A DNA stretch of 64,000 nucleotides from Patescibacteria group bacterium (GTDB lineage Bacteria > Patescibacteriota > Patescibacteriia > UBA9570 > JAHJKD01). The notes beneath the pieces were generated by a model, which saw only the letters and a list, made by a program, of their open reading frames with translations, was not told the origin of the DNA and made no database searches. The stretch is from the NCBI GenBank assembly GCA_043798935.1, contig JAZDOC010000019.1:10322-74321 (forward strand), written 5' to 3'. Numbering within the stretch: position 1 is the first letter of the stretch; each line of letters opens with the position of its first letter. Made by a program: the position numbers and the translations under genes. This document shows, piece by piece, positions 53,925-63,617 of this stretch.

Positions 53925-55292
53925 ATGATTAAAAAAAATAATAAACGATACGAGCTTTGGCAAAAAGGCTATAATATCGATGATGAAGTTTTTAAATTTA
54001 CGGTTGGTAAAGACCAGGTTTATGATCTGAAATATGCTCGACAAGACATTTTAGGTTCAATTGCTCACGCCGCTGGTCTTAAAAAAATCGGTGTATTAAC
54101 AGCGAGTGAATTTTCTAAATTAAAAAAAGAATTAGCAGGACTTTATAAGCAAGTTGGGCAAGGTAAATTTGTTATTCCAGAAACTGATGAGGATGTTCAT
54201 ACAACTGTTGAAAATCATGTCACAAAAAAATATGGGTCTTTAGGTAAAAAAATGCATACTGGAAGAAGTAGGAATGATCAATGTATAGTAGATCAGCATT
54301 TATATGCTAAAGATAAAGTGCTTGATATTTTGTATCACACCTTAGAAAGCGCTAAAATTTTTTATGAATTTGCTAAAAAATATGAAATGATCCCTATGCC
54401 GGGCTATACTCATATGCAAAGAGCTATGCCGGCTTCAGTTGGAATGTGGATGGGGTCTTTTTTAGAAAGCTTAATCGATAACATTAAAATTCTAAAATGC
54501 GCGTATGAAATTAATGATCAGTCTGCTTTAGGTAGCGCGGCTGGATTTGGAGTGGGTTTAAATTTAGACCGAGAGTATACAGCAAAATTAATGGGCTTTA
54601 AAAAAGTACAAAAAAATTCTATGTATGTTGCAGCCGGAAGAGGCATGATAGATTCTAATGTTATCTATGCATATTCATGCATTATGAATACTTATGCAAA
54701 GCTTGCCGGAGATATTTTAATGTTTACTATGGCTGAATTTAAGTACTTTCAATTGCCGGATAAATTTTGTACTGGGTCGTCTATTATGCCCCAAAAGAAA
54801 AATGGAGATGTGTTCGAATTAGTTCGAGCTAAAAGTAAAATTATGTTTGGTTTATTAGTAACTGAAATGGGCTTATACATGAACACGCCTTCCGGTTACA
54901 ATCGTGATTCACAATTATCTAAAGAACCAATGATGGAAAGTTCAGAATTAATGGAAAATACAGCCAAGATTATTAATCTTACTATTCCAGGATTAGAACC
55001 AATTGAAGAAAATCTTCGCAAAGCTTTCTCACCCGATATATATGCTACAGATTATGCATTAGAATTAGTTAAACAAGGAATGCCTTTTAGAGATGCTTAT
55101 CGAAAAGTTGCTAATGAAATTGATAAACTTGAAAGTCGTGATCCTGACAAAAATATTAGATCTAAAACACACATTGGCGCGACCGGCAATTTACAGCTAA
55201 ATAAAAGTTTGGCTGAAATTAGACAACATCAAGCCTGGTTAAAAAAAGAAAAAACTAACTTTGACAATGCCATTAAAAAACTTTTATCCTAA
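53925..55292 (+). CDS. argH: Argininosuccinate lyase
   Basis: EDVH, HTGRSRNDQ, MPGYTHMQRA, TGSSIMPQKKN, PFRDAY. Confidence 0.93.
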   Translation: MIKKNNKRYELWQKGYNIDDEVFKFTVGKDQVYDLKYARQDILGSIAHAAGLKKIGVLTASEFSKLKKELAGLYKQVGQGKFVIPETDEDVHTTVENHVTKKYGSLGKKMHTGRSRNDQCIVDQHLYAKDKVLDILYHTLESAKIFYEFAKKYEMIPMPGYTHMQRAMPASVGMWMGSFLESLIDNIKILKCAYEINDQSALGSAAGFGVGLNLDREYTAKLMGFKKVQKNSMYVAAGRGMIDSNVIYAYSCIMNTYAKLAGDILMFTMAEFKYFQLPDKFCTGSSIMPQKKNGDVFELVRAKSKIMFGLLVTEMGLYMNTPSGYNRDSQLSKEPMMESSELMENTAKIINLTIPGLEPIEENLRKAFSPDIYATDYALELVKQGMPFRDAYRKVANEIDKLESRDPDKNIRSKTHIGATGNLQLNKSLAEIRQHQAWLKKEKTNFDNAIKKLLS

Positions 55293-55295
55293 AAT

Positions 55296-56123
55296 ATGGT
55301 CTCTTCTAGATTCTTAAGACATTTGGCTAGACATGATGGTGACGTTAGGCTAGCAAAAAAATCTGCAGATAATGATCGCCGATTAGCGTTCATTAATCAA
55401 AGAGATAGAAAACAAGCTGCATTAAAAAAACCTCATCAAGATCCAGCACTTTCTACTGGTGAACAAGCGACCGATTTAATGCTAGAAAGTGAAATGCTAG
55501 AAACAAAACCAGAAGAGAAACTAGAAACGGAACGCGAAAAAACAATCAGAGAATTAAGAGAAAGGGCGGAAAGAAAATTTAATGCCTGGGTAAATCAACA
55601 CGGGGCTAATCGCGAACTCTCAATAAACGAAAAATATTTACTTTTTTTAGCTTGTTATGAACAAGCTAATGATCCGACAAATATGGAAATTGCCGTTTTA
55701 AGACAGCAACCTAATCTTTTGTTATTTGTCGCAGTAGAAAGATCATCAGCTAATCGAAAAGAATTTAGTGAGGATGATCGTCAAGTTTTAAGGGCCATTG
55801 ATCCAACTTTACGACATGCTCAAGATTTAGTGAATAATCATTTTTATATTTATGAAGATCGCTTTTTGCAAAGTTTAGAAATGTTTGTCCAAGGAGATTT
55901 GGTTATAATGAATGCGTATGAAGATTGCTTGCCTAATAGTAAAACAGCGCAAGAAATTTTAGTAGAGCAGCTACAAAATCTAAAAAAATTAGGTTTCAGA
56001 GAAGTTGTATCACCATTTATGCTTGAGGGTATGGTGGTAGTAAGGGATTTATCCTTAGAAGATAGAAAAGTCAGAGGAATCGATTCTGGAAAATGGGACA
56101 ATTATTGTGTATATTATAAATAA
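55296..56123 (+). CDS. Hypothetical protein
   Basis: 275-aa ORF starting 3 nt after argH; no motif recognised. Confidence 0.65.
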   Translation: MVSSRFLRHLARHDGDVRLAKKSADNDRRLAFINQRDRKQAALKKPHQDPALSTGEQATDLMLESEMLETKPEEKLETEREKTIRELRERAERKFNAWVNQHGANRELSINEKYLLFLACYEQANDPTNMEIAVLRQQPNLLLFVAVERSSANRKEFSEDDRQVLRAIDPTLRHAQDLVNNHFYIYEDRFLQSLEMFVQGDLVIMNAYEDCLPNSKTAQEILVEQLQNLKKLGFREVVSPFMLEGMVVVRDLSLEDRKVRGIDSGKWDNYCVYYK

Positions 56124-56147
56124 TATAAAAATGTTATAATATTTACC

Positions 56148-57059
56148 ATGAACACACAAATAAATTTTCTCAAAAAAAAATTCAAAAATCCTTTAGTTTT
56201 AGCCTCAGGAATTAGGGGATTAACCGGAGCCAACATGGCCAAAGTTATTAGAGATGGCGGTGGAGGCGTAACTTCAAAATCAGCTTCTCTTGAAGCTAGA
56301 ACCGGACACGCTAATCCCACCATGAGCGGAACTGAGCATTATTTTATTAATGCTGTAGGTTTTTCAAATCCTGGAATCGGCAATGTAATCGAAGAGATTA
56401 AAACTTATAAAAAATTAACTAATACACCGATTATCGGTAGTATTTTCGCCGGCGATATTAAAGGATTTGGTATAATTGCCAAAAAAATGGACAAAGCGCC
56501 AATTGATATTATGGAAGTGGATATTTCTTGCCCAAATGTCATGCAAGAATTTGGTGAACCTTTAGCTTTTAGCGCCAAAGCCGCTGCGGCTGTCACTAAA
56601 TTGGTCAAAAAAAACACTAAAAAACCTATTACAGTAAAACTGTCGCCCGGTGCCTGGAACATTGCTGAAATCGCAGTTTCTTGCGAAAAAGCTGGTGCTG
56701 ATGCCATTACAGCAGTGAATACAATGCCCTCAATAATGATTTCGGCTAAAGCCAGCAGGCCGGTATTAACAAATGGCATTGGCGGCATGAGTGGACCAGC
56801 TTTAAAACCAATTGCACTAAGATGTGTTTGGCAAATCGCTCAAGCCGTAAAAATTCCGATTATTGGCACTGGTGGCATTACAACCGGTGAAGACGCTATT
56901 GAAATGATGATGGCCGGAGCCAGTTTAGTTGGCGTTGGCACAGCATTTTATTATCGCGGTCCAAAGACAATGAAATTAATTAATGATGAAATTAAACAAT
57001 TCATGAAAGAAGAAGGGATTAAAGACCTTAAATCAATAATTAAAAAAGCTCATGTCTAA
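56148..57059 (+). CDS. pyrD: Dihydroorotate dehydrogenase class 1B catalytic subunit
   Basis: NPLVLASG, NAVGFSNPG, ISCPNV, VKLSP, GGMSGPALKP. Confidence 0.94.
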   Translation: MNTQINFLKKKFKNPLVLASGIRGLTGANMAKVIRDGGGGVTSKSASLEARTGHANPTMSGTEHYFINAVGFSNPGIGNVIEEIKTYKKLTNTPIIGSIFAGDIKGFGIIAKKMDKAPIDIMEVDISCPNVMQEFGEPLAFSAKAAAAVTKLVKKNTKKPITVKLSPGAWNIAEIAVSCEKAGADAITAVNTMPSIMISAKASRPVLTNGIGGMSGPALKPIALRCVWQIAQAVKIPIIGTGGITTGEDAIEMMMAGASLVGVGTAFYYRGPKTMKLINDEIKQFMKEEGIKDLKSIIKKAHV

Positions 57060-57828
57060 ACCAATAATTTGTAAAATTTTAAAAGTTAAAACTGAAACGC
57101 ATAAAATAAAGACTTTTACAATTGATTATAAACTTGATGCCAAGCCCGGGCAATTTGTAATGCTGTGGCTTCCCGGTGTAGACCAAAAGCCTATTTCCAT
57201 TTCTTCACAAACAAAAAACAATTTTGATTTAACTATTTTTGAAATCGGACCAGCTACTAAAGCCATGATGAAATTAAAAGTCGGGGATACAGTCGGTATT
57301 TCCGGTCCCTATGGTAAAGGATTTAATATAAAGCCTAAATCAAACATCATTTTAGTTGGCGGTGGTTGTGGATCGGCGCCATTAAAATTAGTTGCAGAAG
57401 AGGCTAAAAAATTAAAATGTAAAGTTGAATTTATTTCCGGAGCCAGAACCAAAAAAGACGTCTTATTTCCCGGATCATGTTTAGTCACCACAGACGACGG
57501 TTCAGCTGGGTTTAAAGGGTATCCAACTCAAAAATTAGAAGAATTATTAAAAAACAAAAAACAAAAATATTCAAAAGTGTATACTTGCGGACCAGAACCA
57601 ATGATGAAAGTATTGGTCCAAATTTGTAAAAAATATAAAGTCCTATGTGAAATTTCCATGGAACGATATATGAAATGCGGTTATGGGGTTTGCGGTCAAT
57701 GCGCCGTCGATCCATTAGGAATATGTATCTGCCAGGATGGACCAGTATTTTCCGGCCAGCTAGCCGAAAAAATCACCGAATTCGGCAAATATCATCGCGA
57801 TAAATCCGGAACAAAACATAATTTTTAA
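57052..57828 (+). CDS. pyrK: Dihydroorotate dehydrogenase electron-transfer subunit
   Basis: PGQF, GPYGKGF, GGGCG.AP, CGPEPMM, MKCGYGVCGQC...C.DGPVF. Confidence 0.93.
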   Translation: MSKPIICKILKVKTETHKIKTFTIDYKLDAKPGQFVMLWLPGVDQKPISISSQTKNNFDLTIFEIGPATKAMMKLKVGDTVGISGPYGKGFNIKPKSNIILVGGGCGSAPLKLVAEEAKKLKCKVEFISGARTKKDVLFPGSCLVTTDDGSAGFKGYPTQKLEELLKNKKQKYSKVYTCGPEPMMKVLVQICKKYKVLCEISMERYMKCGYGVCGQCAVDPLGICICQDGPVFSGQLAEKITEFGKYHRDKSGTKHNF

Positions 57829-57836
57829 TTTAATAT

Positions 57837-58796
57837 ATGCCAGAACAACTATTAAGACCAGAAAGTGGTCTGACAAAAAAATTAAAAAATCTGGAATGGG
57901 ATCTAACAAACAGTGAGGATAGAGAATTATTTTATAAAGCGCTGAGCATTGTCCGTATGGTAGAAGCGATTGTACGTGAAAAAGACGGTCAAGATTTACA
58001 ACCTGAAGATGCTAAAAAAGTGTATGCTGAAATAGCTGCCAATTTTTCAAATACAGAGTTGCAAAGAATGGGCCAATTAGCCTTTCCGCAATGGTTTTCA
58101 GCCGATCGTTTACCATCCTATGAAAAAATTAAACAAGGTGTGGGCGTGCCACATATTATTACTGCTAACAAAGAAATGGGCAGATACATCGCTGAAAGTG
58201 AATCTGATAAACCGGAAATTTTAGATTTGGGAGCTGGTACCATGGGAACGGGTGTATTAGTAGCAATGGCCTTGAATGAACAAGGTAAGCAAGCAGTTAT
58301 AACTGGTGTTGAATATACGCCAAAATTAGTTGATGTTTCTAGAGAAACTTCACAAAAAATTATGGCTGAAATGCCGAATATTAATGTTAGAATTGAACCA
58401 AATGATATTGAAAATTTTGTACAACAGGCCAAAGCCGAGGGAAAAACATATTATCATGTCACGGCATCTTATGTGATACATCACTTAAAAAAAGATAATC
58501 AGGAAAAATTAATTGCTGATGTATTTGAAGTTGTTAAACCCGGCGGCTCACTTCAAATTGCTGATCCACAAGAAGGTATTTCACAATTCAATTTGAAAGT
58601 TTTGTTACCAAATGAACCTGAAGGAATTTTTGCTGAATTTACCAGTCCAGATGAAATGGTTGAATTTATGAAAAAAGCTGGATTTGTAAATGTTGAAGTA
58701 GTATTGCGGGATGATCCACAGCACCCGGACAATCCGGGTAAAACAGAGGGCAACTATACCGGTTATTTAGTACGTGGAATTAAACCTAAAGAATAA
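57837..58796 (+). CDS. Class I SAM-dependent methyltransferase
   Basis: ILDLGAGT.G motif I, ASYVIHHL, VKPGG.L.IAD, MKKAGF. Confidence 0.8.
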   Translation: MPEQLLRPESGLTKKLKNLEWDLTNSEDRELFYKALSIVRMVEAIVREKDGQDLQPEDAKKVYAEIAANFSNTELQRMGQLAFPQWFSADRLPSYEKIKQGVGVPHIITANKEMGRYIAESESDKPEILDLGAGTMGTGVLVAMALNEQGKQAVITGVEYTPKLVDVSRETSQKIMAEMPNINVRIEPNDIENFVQQAKAEGKTYYHVTASYVIHHLKKDNQEKLIADVFEVVKPGGSLQIADPQEGISQFNLKVLLPNEPEGIFAEFTSPDEMVEFMKKAGFVNVEVVLRDDPQHPDNPGKTEGNYTGYLVRGIKPKE

Positions 58797-58808
58797 TTAA
58801 TAAAATAT

Positions 58809-59450
58809 ATGAACCAAGAACGAGCAAAAAAAATTGCAAAATTATTGTTAAAAATTAAAGCGGTAACTCTAAACGTAGAAAAGCCCTATCGATATACTTC
58901 GGGAATATTATCGCCAATTTATTGCGATAATAGATTGATTATGTCTTATCCGGAAAAAAGAAAAGAAGTAGTACAAGCTTTTTTAGACATGATTAAAGAA
59001 GAAAATTTAGAATTTGATGTTGTAGCCGGAGTGGCTACAGCCGGCATTACGCATGCGGCATTTATTGCCGAAAAATTAGACTTACCCATGGCCTATATCA
59101 GATCCAGTAAAAAAGAACATGGCAAAGAAAATAAAATCGAAGGAAAAATCGACGACGATCAAAAAGCTTTGATTGTTGAAGACTTAGTCAGCACCGGTGG
59201 CAGCTCGGTTGACGCTGCCACGGCCGTAAAAAAAGTTACCGATTGCATTGCAGTTTTTACCTATGAAATGGAAAAAGCTAAACAAAAATTTGCTGATGCC
59301 AACATTAATCTTTACACTTTATCAAATTTCTCAACCTTAATGGAAGTAGCTGTCGAAGAAAATTATATTACTAACGAACAAAAAAACATTGCCCTTGAAT
59401 GGAACAATGATCCTCAGGGCTGGGGCAAAAAAATGGGTTTTGAAAATTAA
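58809..59450 (+). CDS. pyrE: Orotate phosphoribosyltransferase
   Basis: SGILSPIYCDNR, K.HG, VEDLVSTGGS PRPP motif. Confidence 0.95.
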   Translation: MNQERAKKIAKLLLKIKAVTLNVEKPYRYTSGILSPIYCDNRLIMSYPEKRKEVVQAFLDMIKEENLEFDVVAGVATAGITHAAFIAEKLDLPMAYIRSSKKEHGKENKIEGKIDDDQKALIVEDLVSTGGSSVDAATAVKKVTDCIAVFTYEMEKAKQKFADANINLYTLSNFSTLMEVAVEENYITNEQKNIALEWNNDPQGWGKKMGFEN

Positions 59451-59455
59451 AATTT

Positions 59456-59479
59456 AGCCCCTGGCTTTAGCCAGTAGGC
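59456..59479 (+). repeat. TTTA-loop hairpin (IS200/IS605-end or REP-like)
   Basis: agccc-ctggc-ttta-gccag-taggc between pyrE and pyrF. Confidence 0.4.
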
Positions 59480-59496
59480 GCCATAATAAATTATAT

Positions 59497-60255
59497 ATGA
59501 CATACGAACAAAAACTACAATCCGCGAAAAATCCAACCGCTCAAAAATTATTAGAGTTAATGCTAGAAAAACAAACTAATCTATCTATTGCAGCAGATTT
59601 AACATCTGGTGCTGAAATTTTAGATTTACTGGATAAAATCGGTTCAGAAATATGTGTGGCTAAAATGCACATTGATGTACTGACAGATTTTTCAAATGAT
59701 TTCATAAATAAACTTGTTGAGCTGAAAGAAAAGCATAATTTTTTAATTTTTGAAGATCGAAAATTTGCCGACATAGGTAATACTGTAAAAATGCAATATG
59801 CTCAAGGAATTTATCACATAGTTGACTGGGCTGATATTACTAATGCCCATACAGTTCCAGGACCAGGAATTATCGAGGGATTAAAAGAAGTGGGGTTACC
59901 AAAAGGCCGAGGATTATTGCTTTTAGCTGAAATGACACCTGAGGGCACACTTGCCAAAGGCGAATACACCCAAGCTTCCATAAAAATGGCTCAAGAACAC
60001 GATGACTTCGTGTTTGGTTTCATTACCACTAAACAATTAGTCGATGATCCAAAATTCATAAATTTCACTCCTGGCGTTAAATTTGGCGGCGGCGGCGATG
60101 GGCTTAAACAACAGTACAACACACCAGAAAACGCCATTTCTAGCGGCTCAGACGTGCTTATAGTGGGACGTGGCATCTACGAAGCCCACAATCCAGCTGA
60201 AGAAGCTAAGAAGTATAGGGAAGAAGCTTGGAAAGCTTATGAAGGCATGACCTAG
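59497..60255 (+). CDS. pyrF: Orotidine-5'-phosphate decarboxylase (eukaryote-like subfamily)
   Basis: KQTNLSIAAD, KMHID, FEDRKFADIGNTV, RGLLLLAEM, TPGV, QQYNTP, VGRGI. Confidence 0.94.
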   Translation: MTYEQKLQSAKNPTAQKLLELMLEKQTNLSIAADLTSGAEILDLLDKIGSEICVAKMHIDVLTDFSNDFINKLVELKEKHNFLIFEDRKFADIGNTVKMQYAQGIYHIVDWADITNAHTVPGPGIIEGLKEVGLPKGRGLLLLAEMTPEGTLAKGEYTQASIKMAQEHDDFVFGFITTKQLVDDPKFINFTPGVKFGGGGDGLKQQYNTPENAISSGSDVLIVGRGIYEAHNPAEEAKKYREEAWKAYEGMT

Positions 60256-60300
60256 ACAAACTAGGTCATAACAATGTTATGATTGACCTTGTGTCAATCA
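60247..60300. repeat. Inverted doublet of REP-like hairpins at the pyrF/miaB convergence
   Basis: Two 25-nt units GTTATGA-N5-YTTGT-N5'-TCA arranged head-to-head; the stems differ completely but both pair. Confidence 0.65.
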
Positions 60301-61559
60301 GATAATTTGCCTTCCATCCTAAAACTGTCAACTTGAATAATCTTAATATCTACAAATTCACCCACTAATTTTTTAGTTTTTGGTGCCTTAAAACGAACGG
60401 TTACATTTTGTTCGGTTCGTCCCAGCCAATGAACTTTACGATATTTTTCCACTAAAACTTTGACTTCTTTATTTAAATATTTTTTGTTATAATCCAGCGC
60501 TGTATCATCAAGAATTTTTTCTAATTCATGGTTTCTTTTGATTTTAATTTCTCGGCTTACTTGGTTTTTCATTTTCGCCGCCGGAGTGCCTGGCCTAATT
60601 GAGTACTGAGCAATAAAAGCCATATTAAATTTAATTGTTTTCATTAATTTAGCAGTATCAGCAAACTGCTTACTGGTTTCACCCGGGAAACCAACTATAA
60701 TATCAGTTGAGAGGGAAACATCTGGAATATTGTTTTTAATCTTATTTATTAAGTTAGTGTATTGTTTAATTGTATAAGGTCTATTCATTCTTTTTAAAAC
60801 CGTATCATTTCCAGATTGAACCGGTAAATTGATTTGTTTGCAGATATTTGGATACTTCGCAATAACTTGAATTAATTTTTCCGAAAAATCCTTAGGATGC
60901 GGTGAAGTAAATCGAATCCAAATATTTTTATCTAATTTAGCAATTTTTTCTAACAGGGCAGGGAAATCGATTTCTGTTTCTTTGTCCTTTCCATAAGAAT
61001 TAACATTTTCACCGAGAAGAGTTATTTCTTTATAACCTTTTTTTACTAAATTTTTGCACTCTTTAATAATTTCCCGAGAAGATCTGGACCATTCACGTCC
61101 ACGGGTGTATGGCACGGCACAATAAGTGCAATAGTTATTACAACCGATTATAATAGGAACAACCGCCTGAAATTTTGAACTATAAATCGGCTCAACTTTT
61201 AAATAATTACTGGGCAATCGCAAATCAGTTTGTTTTAATAATTTTGGTAATTTTTTTAAATCTTTAATATTGAACATCAAATCAAATTTAGGTTTGAATT
61301 TTTCAATATCTTTATCTAAAACACAACCGGTTAAAACTGTAATCAATTCACCTTTGCGCTGACGCTTTTGCCACCATCGAAACTTTCCGTATATCCGGTC
61401 AATACCGGATTGTCTAATCGAACAAGACACGACCACAATTAAATCAGCTTTTTTATCATCATCGATTTTTTTATAACCCAAATCCTGCAAAACGTGTTCA
61501 ATCCGCATGGCATCAGATTTATTCATCTGGCAGCCTAAAGGCCAAATCCAATATCTCAT
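60294..61559 (-). CDS. miaB: tRNA methylthiotransferase MiaB
   Basis: GCQMN, CSIRQ, GCNNYCTYC radical-SAM motif, TDIIVGFPGET, TRAM domain. Confidence 0.9.
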   Translation of the reverse strand: MRYWIWPLGCQMNKSDAMRIEHVLQDLGYKKIDDDKKADLIVVVSCSIRQSGIDRIYGKFRWWQKRQRKGELITVLTGCVLDKDIEKFKPKFDLMFNIKDLKKLPKLLKQTDLRLPSNYLKVEPIYSSKFQAVVPIIIGCNNYCTYCAVPYTRGREWSRSSREIIKECKNLVKKGYKEITLLGENVNSYGKDKETEIDFPALLEKIAKLDKNIWIRFTSPHPKDFSEKLIQVIAKYPNICKQINLPVQSGNDTVLKRMNRPYTIKQYTNLINKIKNNIPDVSLSTDIIVGFPGETSKQFADTAKLMKTIKFNMAFIAQYSIRPGTPAAKMKNQVSREIKIKRNHELEKILDDTALDYNKKYLNKEVKVLVEKYRKVHWLGRTEQNVTVRFKAPKTKKLVGEFVDIKIIQVDSFRMEGKLSD

Positions 61560-61622
61560 ATTTACTTATTAATTGATATTTGATAGAATATTAACAAAGT
61601 TTGACATTTTATTCAATAAATT

Positions 61623-61859
61623 ATGAAGATGTCTAAAAAGAAAATAATACTATATATAATAATAACCATTGTTGGTGTATTTATCATTTTTACAAACTAT
61701 TTAATCGCAACCGAGAAAATACTTTTTTCTTGGGATTCTGATTTTATGTGCAAGCCAGTCTGTTTTGCGCCTTACAACTGTCTGCAAAAAGGAATAGCAT
61801 TTAATTTTGATAATTATAAAAAAGAAATTATAGTCATTAATGACAGCTGTAAAAAATAA
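61623..61859 (+). CDS. Small membrane-anchored Cys-containing protein
   Basis: N-terminal basic and hydrophobic segment; four Cys in the C-terminal part. Confidence 0.5.
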   Translation: MKMSKKKIILYIIITIVGVFIIFTNYLIATEKILFSWDSDFMCKPVCFAPYNCLQKGIAFNFDNYKKEIIVINDSCKK

Positions 61860-61873
61860 TTCTAAATATAAAA

Positions 61874-63613
61874 TTATAAATCAAACGATTTATTAATGAT
61901 ATTTTTTTTTATTTGATCAATAAATTCTATTTTAGAAATTTTTCGCGCTTCTTTTTCACCTCGAAATCTCACCATTAAATCAGCTGATTCCATTTCTTTA
62001 TCGCCAATAACAAGTAAATAAGGAATTTTTTGTTTAATCGCTTTTCTGATTTTATTACCGACCGTCTCGGCTGTTAAATCTAACTCAACACGCAAATCAT
62101 TTTTTTTGAATTCTTCAGCTAATTGTCGGCAATGTTCTTCATGTTTTTCACCAACTGAAATTATCGTCACTTGAACAGGGGATAGCCAAACCGGAAAATT
62201 GCCGGCAAAATGTTCAATTAAAATTCCTAAAAATCTTTCTACTGCCCCGTAAATTACGCGGTGCATCATAACCGGTCTTTTTTTGTTTCCTTCTTTGTCG
62301 ATATAAGTTAAATCAAATCTTTCCGGCAAATTCATATCAACCTGAATAGTAGCGCATTGCCAAGTGCGTCCCAAAGCATCTTCCAAATGCACATCTATTT
62401 TTGGACCATAGAAAGCTCCATCGCCGGCATTAATTTTAAATTCGCGCTTTGTTTTGATTAATGCTTTTTCCAACATTGAAGTGGATAATTCCCAAGCACT
62501 GTCGGTGCCGATGGATTTAACCGGACGAGTAGACAATTCTAAATGATACTTTAAACCAAATGTAGAATACATTTCATCAATAATATTTAATATTTCAAGA
62601 ACTTGATCCTGAATCTGATGTTCTTCTACAAAAATATGGGCATCATCCTGATGAAAAGTTCGTACTCGAAATAATCCAGCTAATACTCCAGATTTTTCGT
62701 GCCTGTGAACTTGGCCAATCTCACCAATTTTTAAAGGAAATTCTTTATATGAATGCAAATCTTCTTTATAAGCCAGCATTCCGCCTGGACAATTCATAGG
62801 TTTAATCACATAAATATTTTCATCAATTTCCGAAGTATACATATTTTCCCGATAATAATCCCAATGACCGCTGGTTTCCCATAATGCTTTATTAAACATA
62901 ATAGGTGTTTTAATTTCCTGATAATTATATTTAATGTGCACTTCACGCCAATACTTTAATAATTCATTCCAAATTATTAATCCATTGTTTAAAAAGATGG
63001 GGAAGCCTGGCCCATATTCACTCATGGTAAACAGCTTTAATTCTTTACCTAATTTACGATGGTCTCTTTTTTCAGCTTCTGCAATTAGTTCTAAATGTTT
63101 TTTTAATTCTGCCTCAGTTTTAAAAGCCACGCCATAGATTCTAGTAAGCATTTTATTTTTTTCATCGCCCCGCCAATACGCACCGGCAATTTTTGTGAGT
63201 TTAAATGCTTTGGGATCAATTTCTGAGGTATTATTTACATGCGGTCCGTCACATAAATTATGAAATGAACCACTGTCATAAAAATTTACCTTTTTATTCC
63301 CTTTGCTTTCTAATTCTTTAGTTAATTCAGTTTTGTAAGGATCATTTTTATAAAATTTTAAAGAATCTTCAATAGAACTTTCAGATTTGATAAAATCAAT
63401 TTTTTGTTGTAATAATTTTTTTATTCTTTTTTCCAATTTTGGTAAAATATTATCATTAATAGGTTCGGCTAATTCATAATCCTGATAAAAGCCATTATCA
63501 ATACATGGGCCAACTCCTAATTTTGCATCTGGATAAATATCTAAAATCGCCATAGTCATAACATGCGAAAGCGAATGACGAATTTTATCAATTTCAGAAT
63601 TATGTTCGGTCAT
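61874..63613 (-). CDS. thrS: Threonine--tRNA ligase (no N-terminal TGS domain)
   Basis: RHSLSH, LCDGPH, RDHRKLG, KPMNCPG, GAFYGPK, HRVIYG. Confidence 0.96.
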   Translation of the reverse strand: MTEHNSEIDKIRHSLSHVMTMAILDIYPDAKLGVGPCIDNGFYQDYELAEPINDNILPKLEKRIKKLLQQKIDFIKSESSIEDSLKFYKNDPYKTELTKELESKGNKKVNFYDSGSFHNLCDGPHVNNTSEIDPKAFKLTKIAGAYWRGDEKNKMLTRIYGVAFKTEAELKKHLELIAEAEKRDHRKLGKELKLFTMSEYGPGFPIFLNNGLIIWNELLKYWREVHIKYNYQEIKTPIMFNKALWETSGHWDYYRENMYTSEIDENIYVIKPMNCPGGMLAYKEDLHSYKEFPLKIGEIGQVHRHEKSGVLAGLFRVRTFHQDDAHIFVEEHQIQDQVLEILNIIDEMYSTFGLKYHLELSTRPVKSIGTDSAWELSTSMLEKALIKTKREFKINAGDGAFYGPKIDVHLEDALGRTWQCATIQVDMNLPERFDLTYIDKEGNKKRPVMMHRVIYGAVERFLGILIEHFAGNFPVWLSPVQVTIISVGEKHEEHCRQLAEEFKKNDLRVELDLTAETVGNKIRKAIKQKIPYLLVIGDKEMESADLMVRFRGEKEARKISKIEFIDQIKKNIINKSFDL

Positions 63614-63617
63614 AAAT

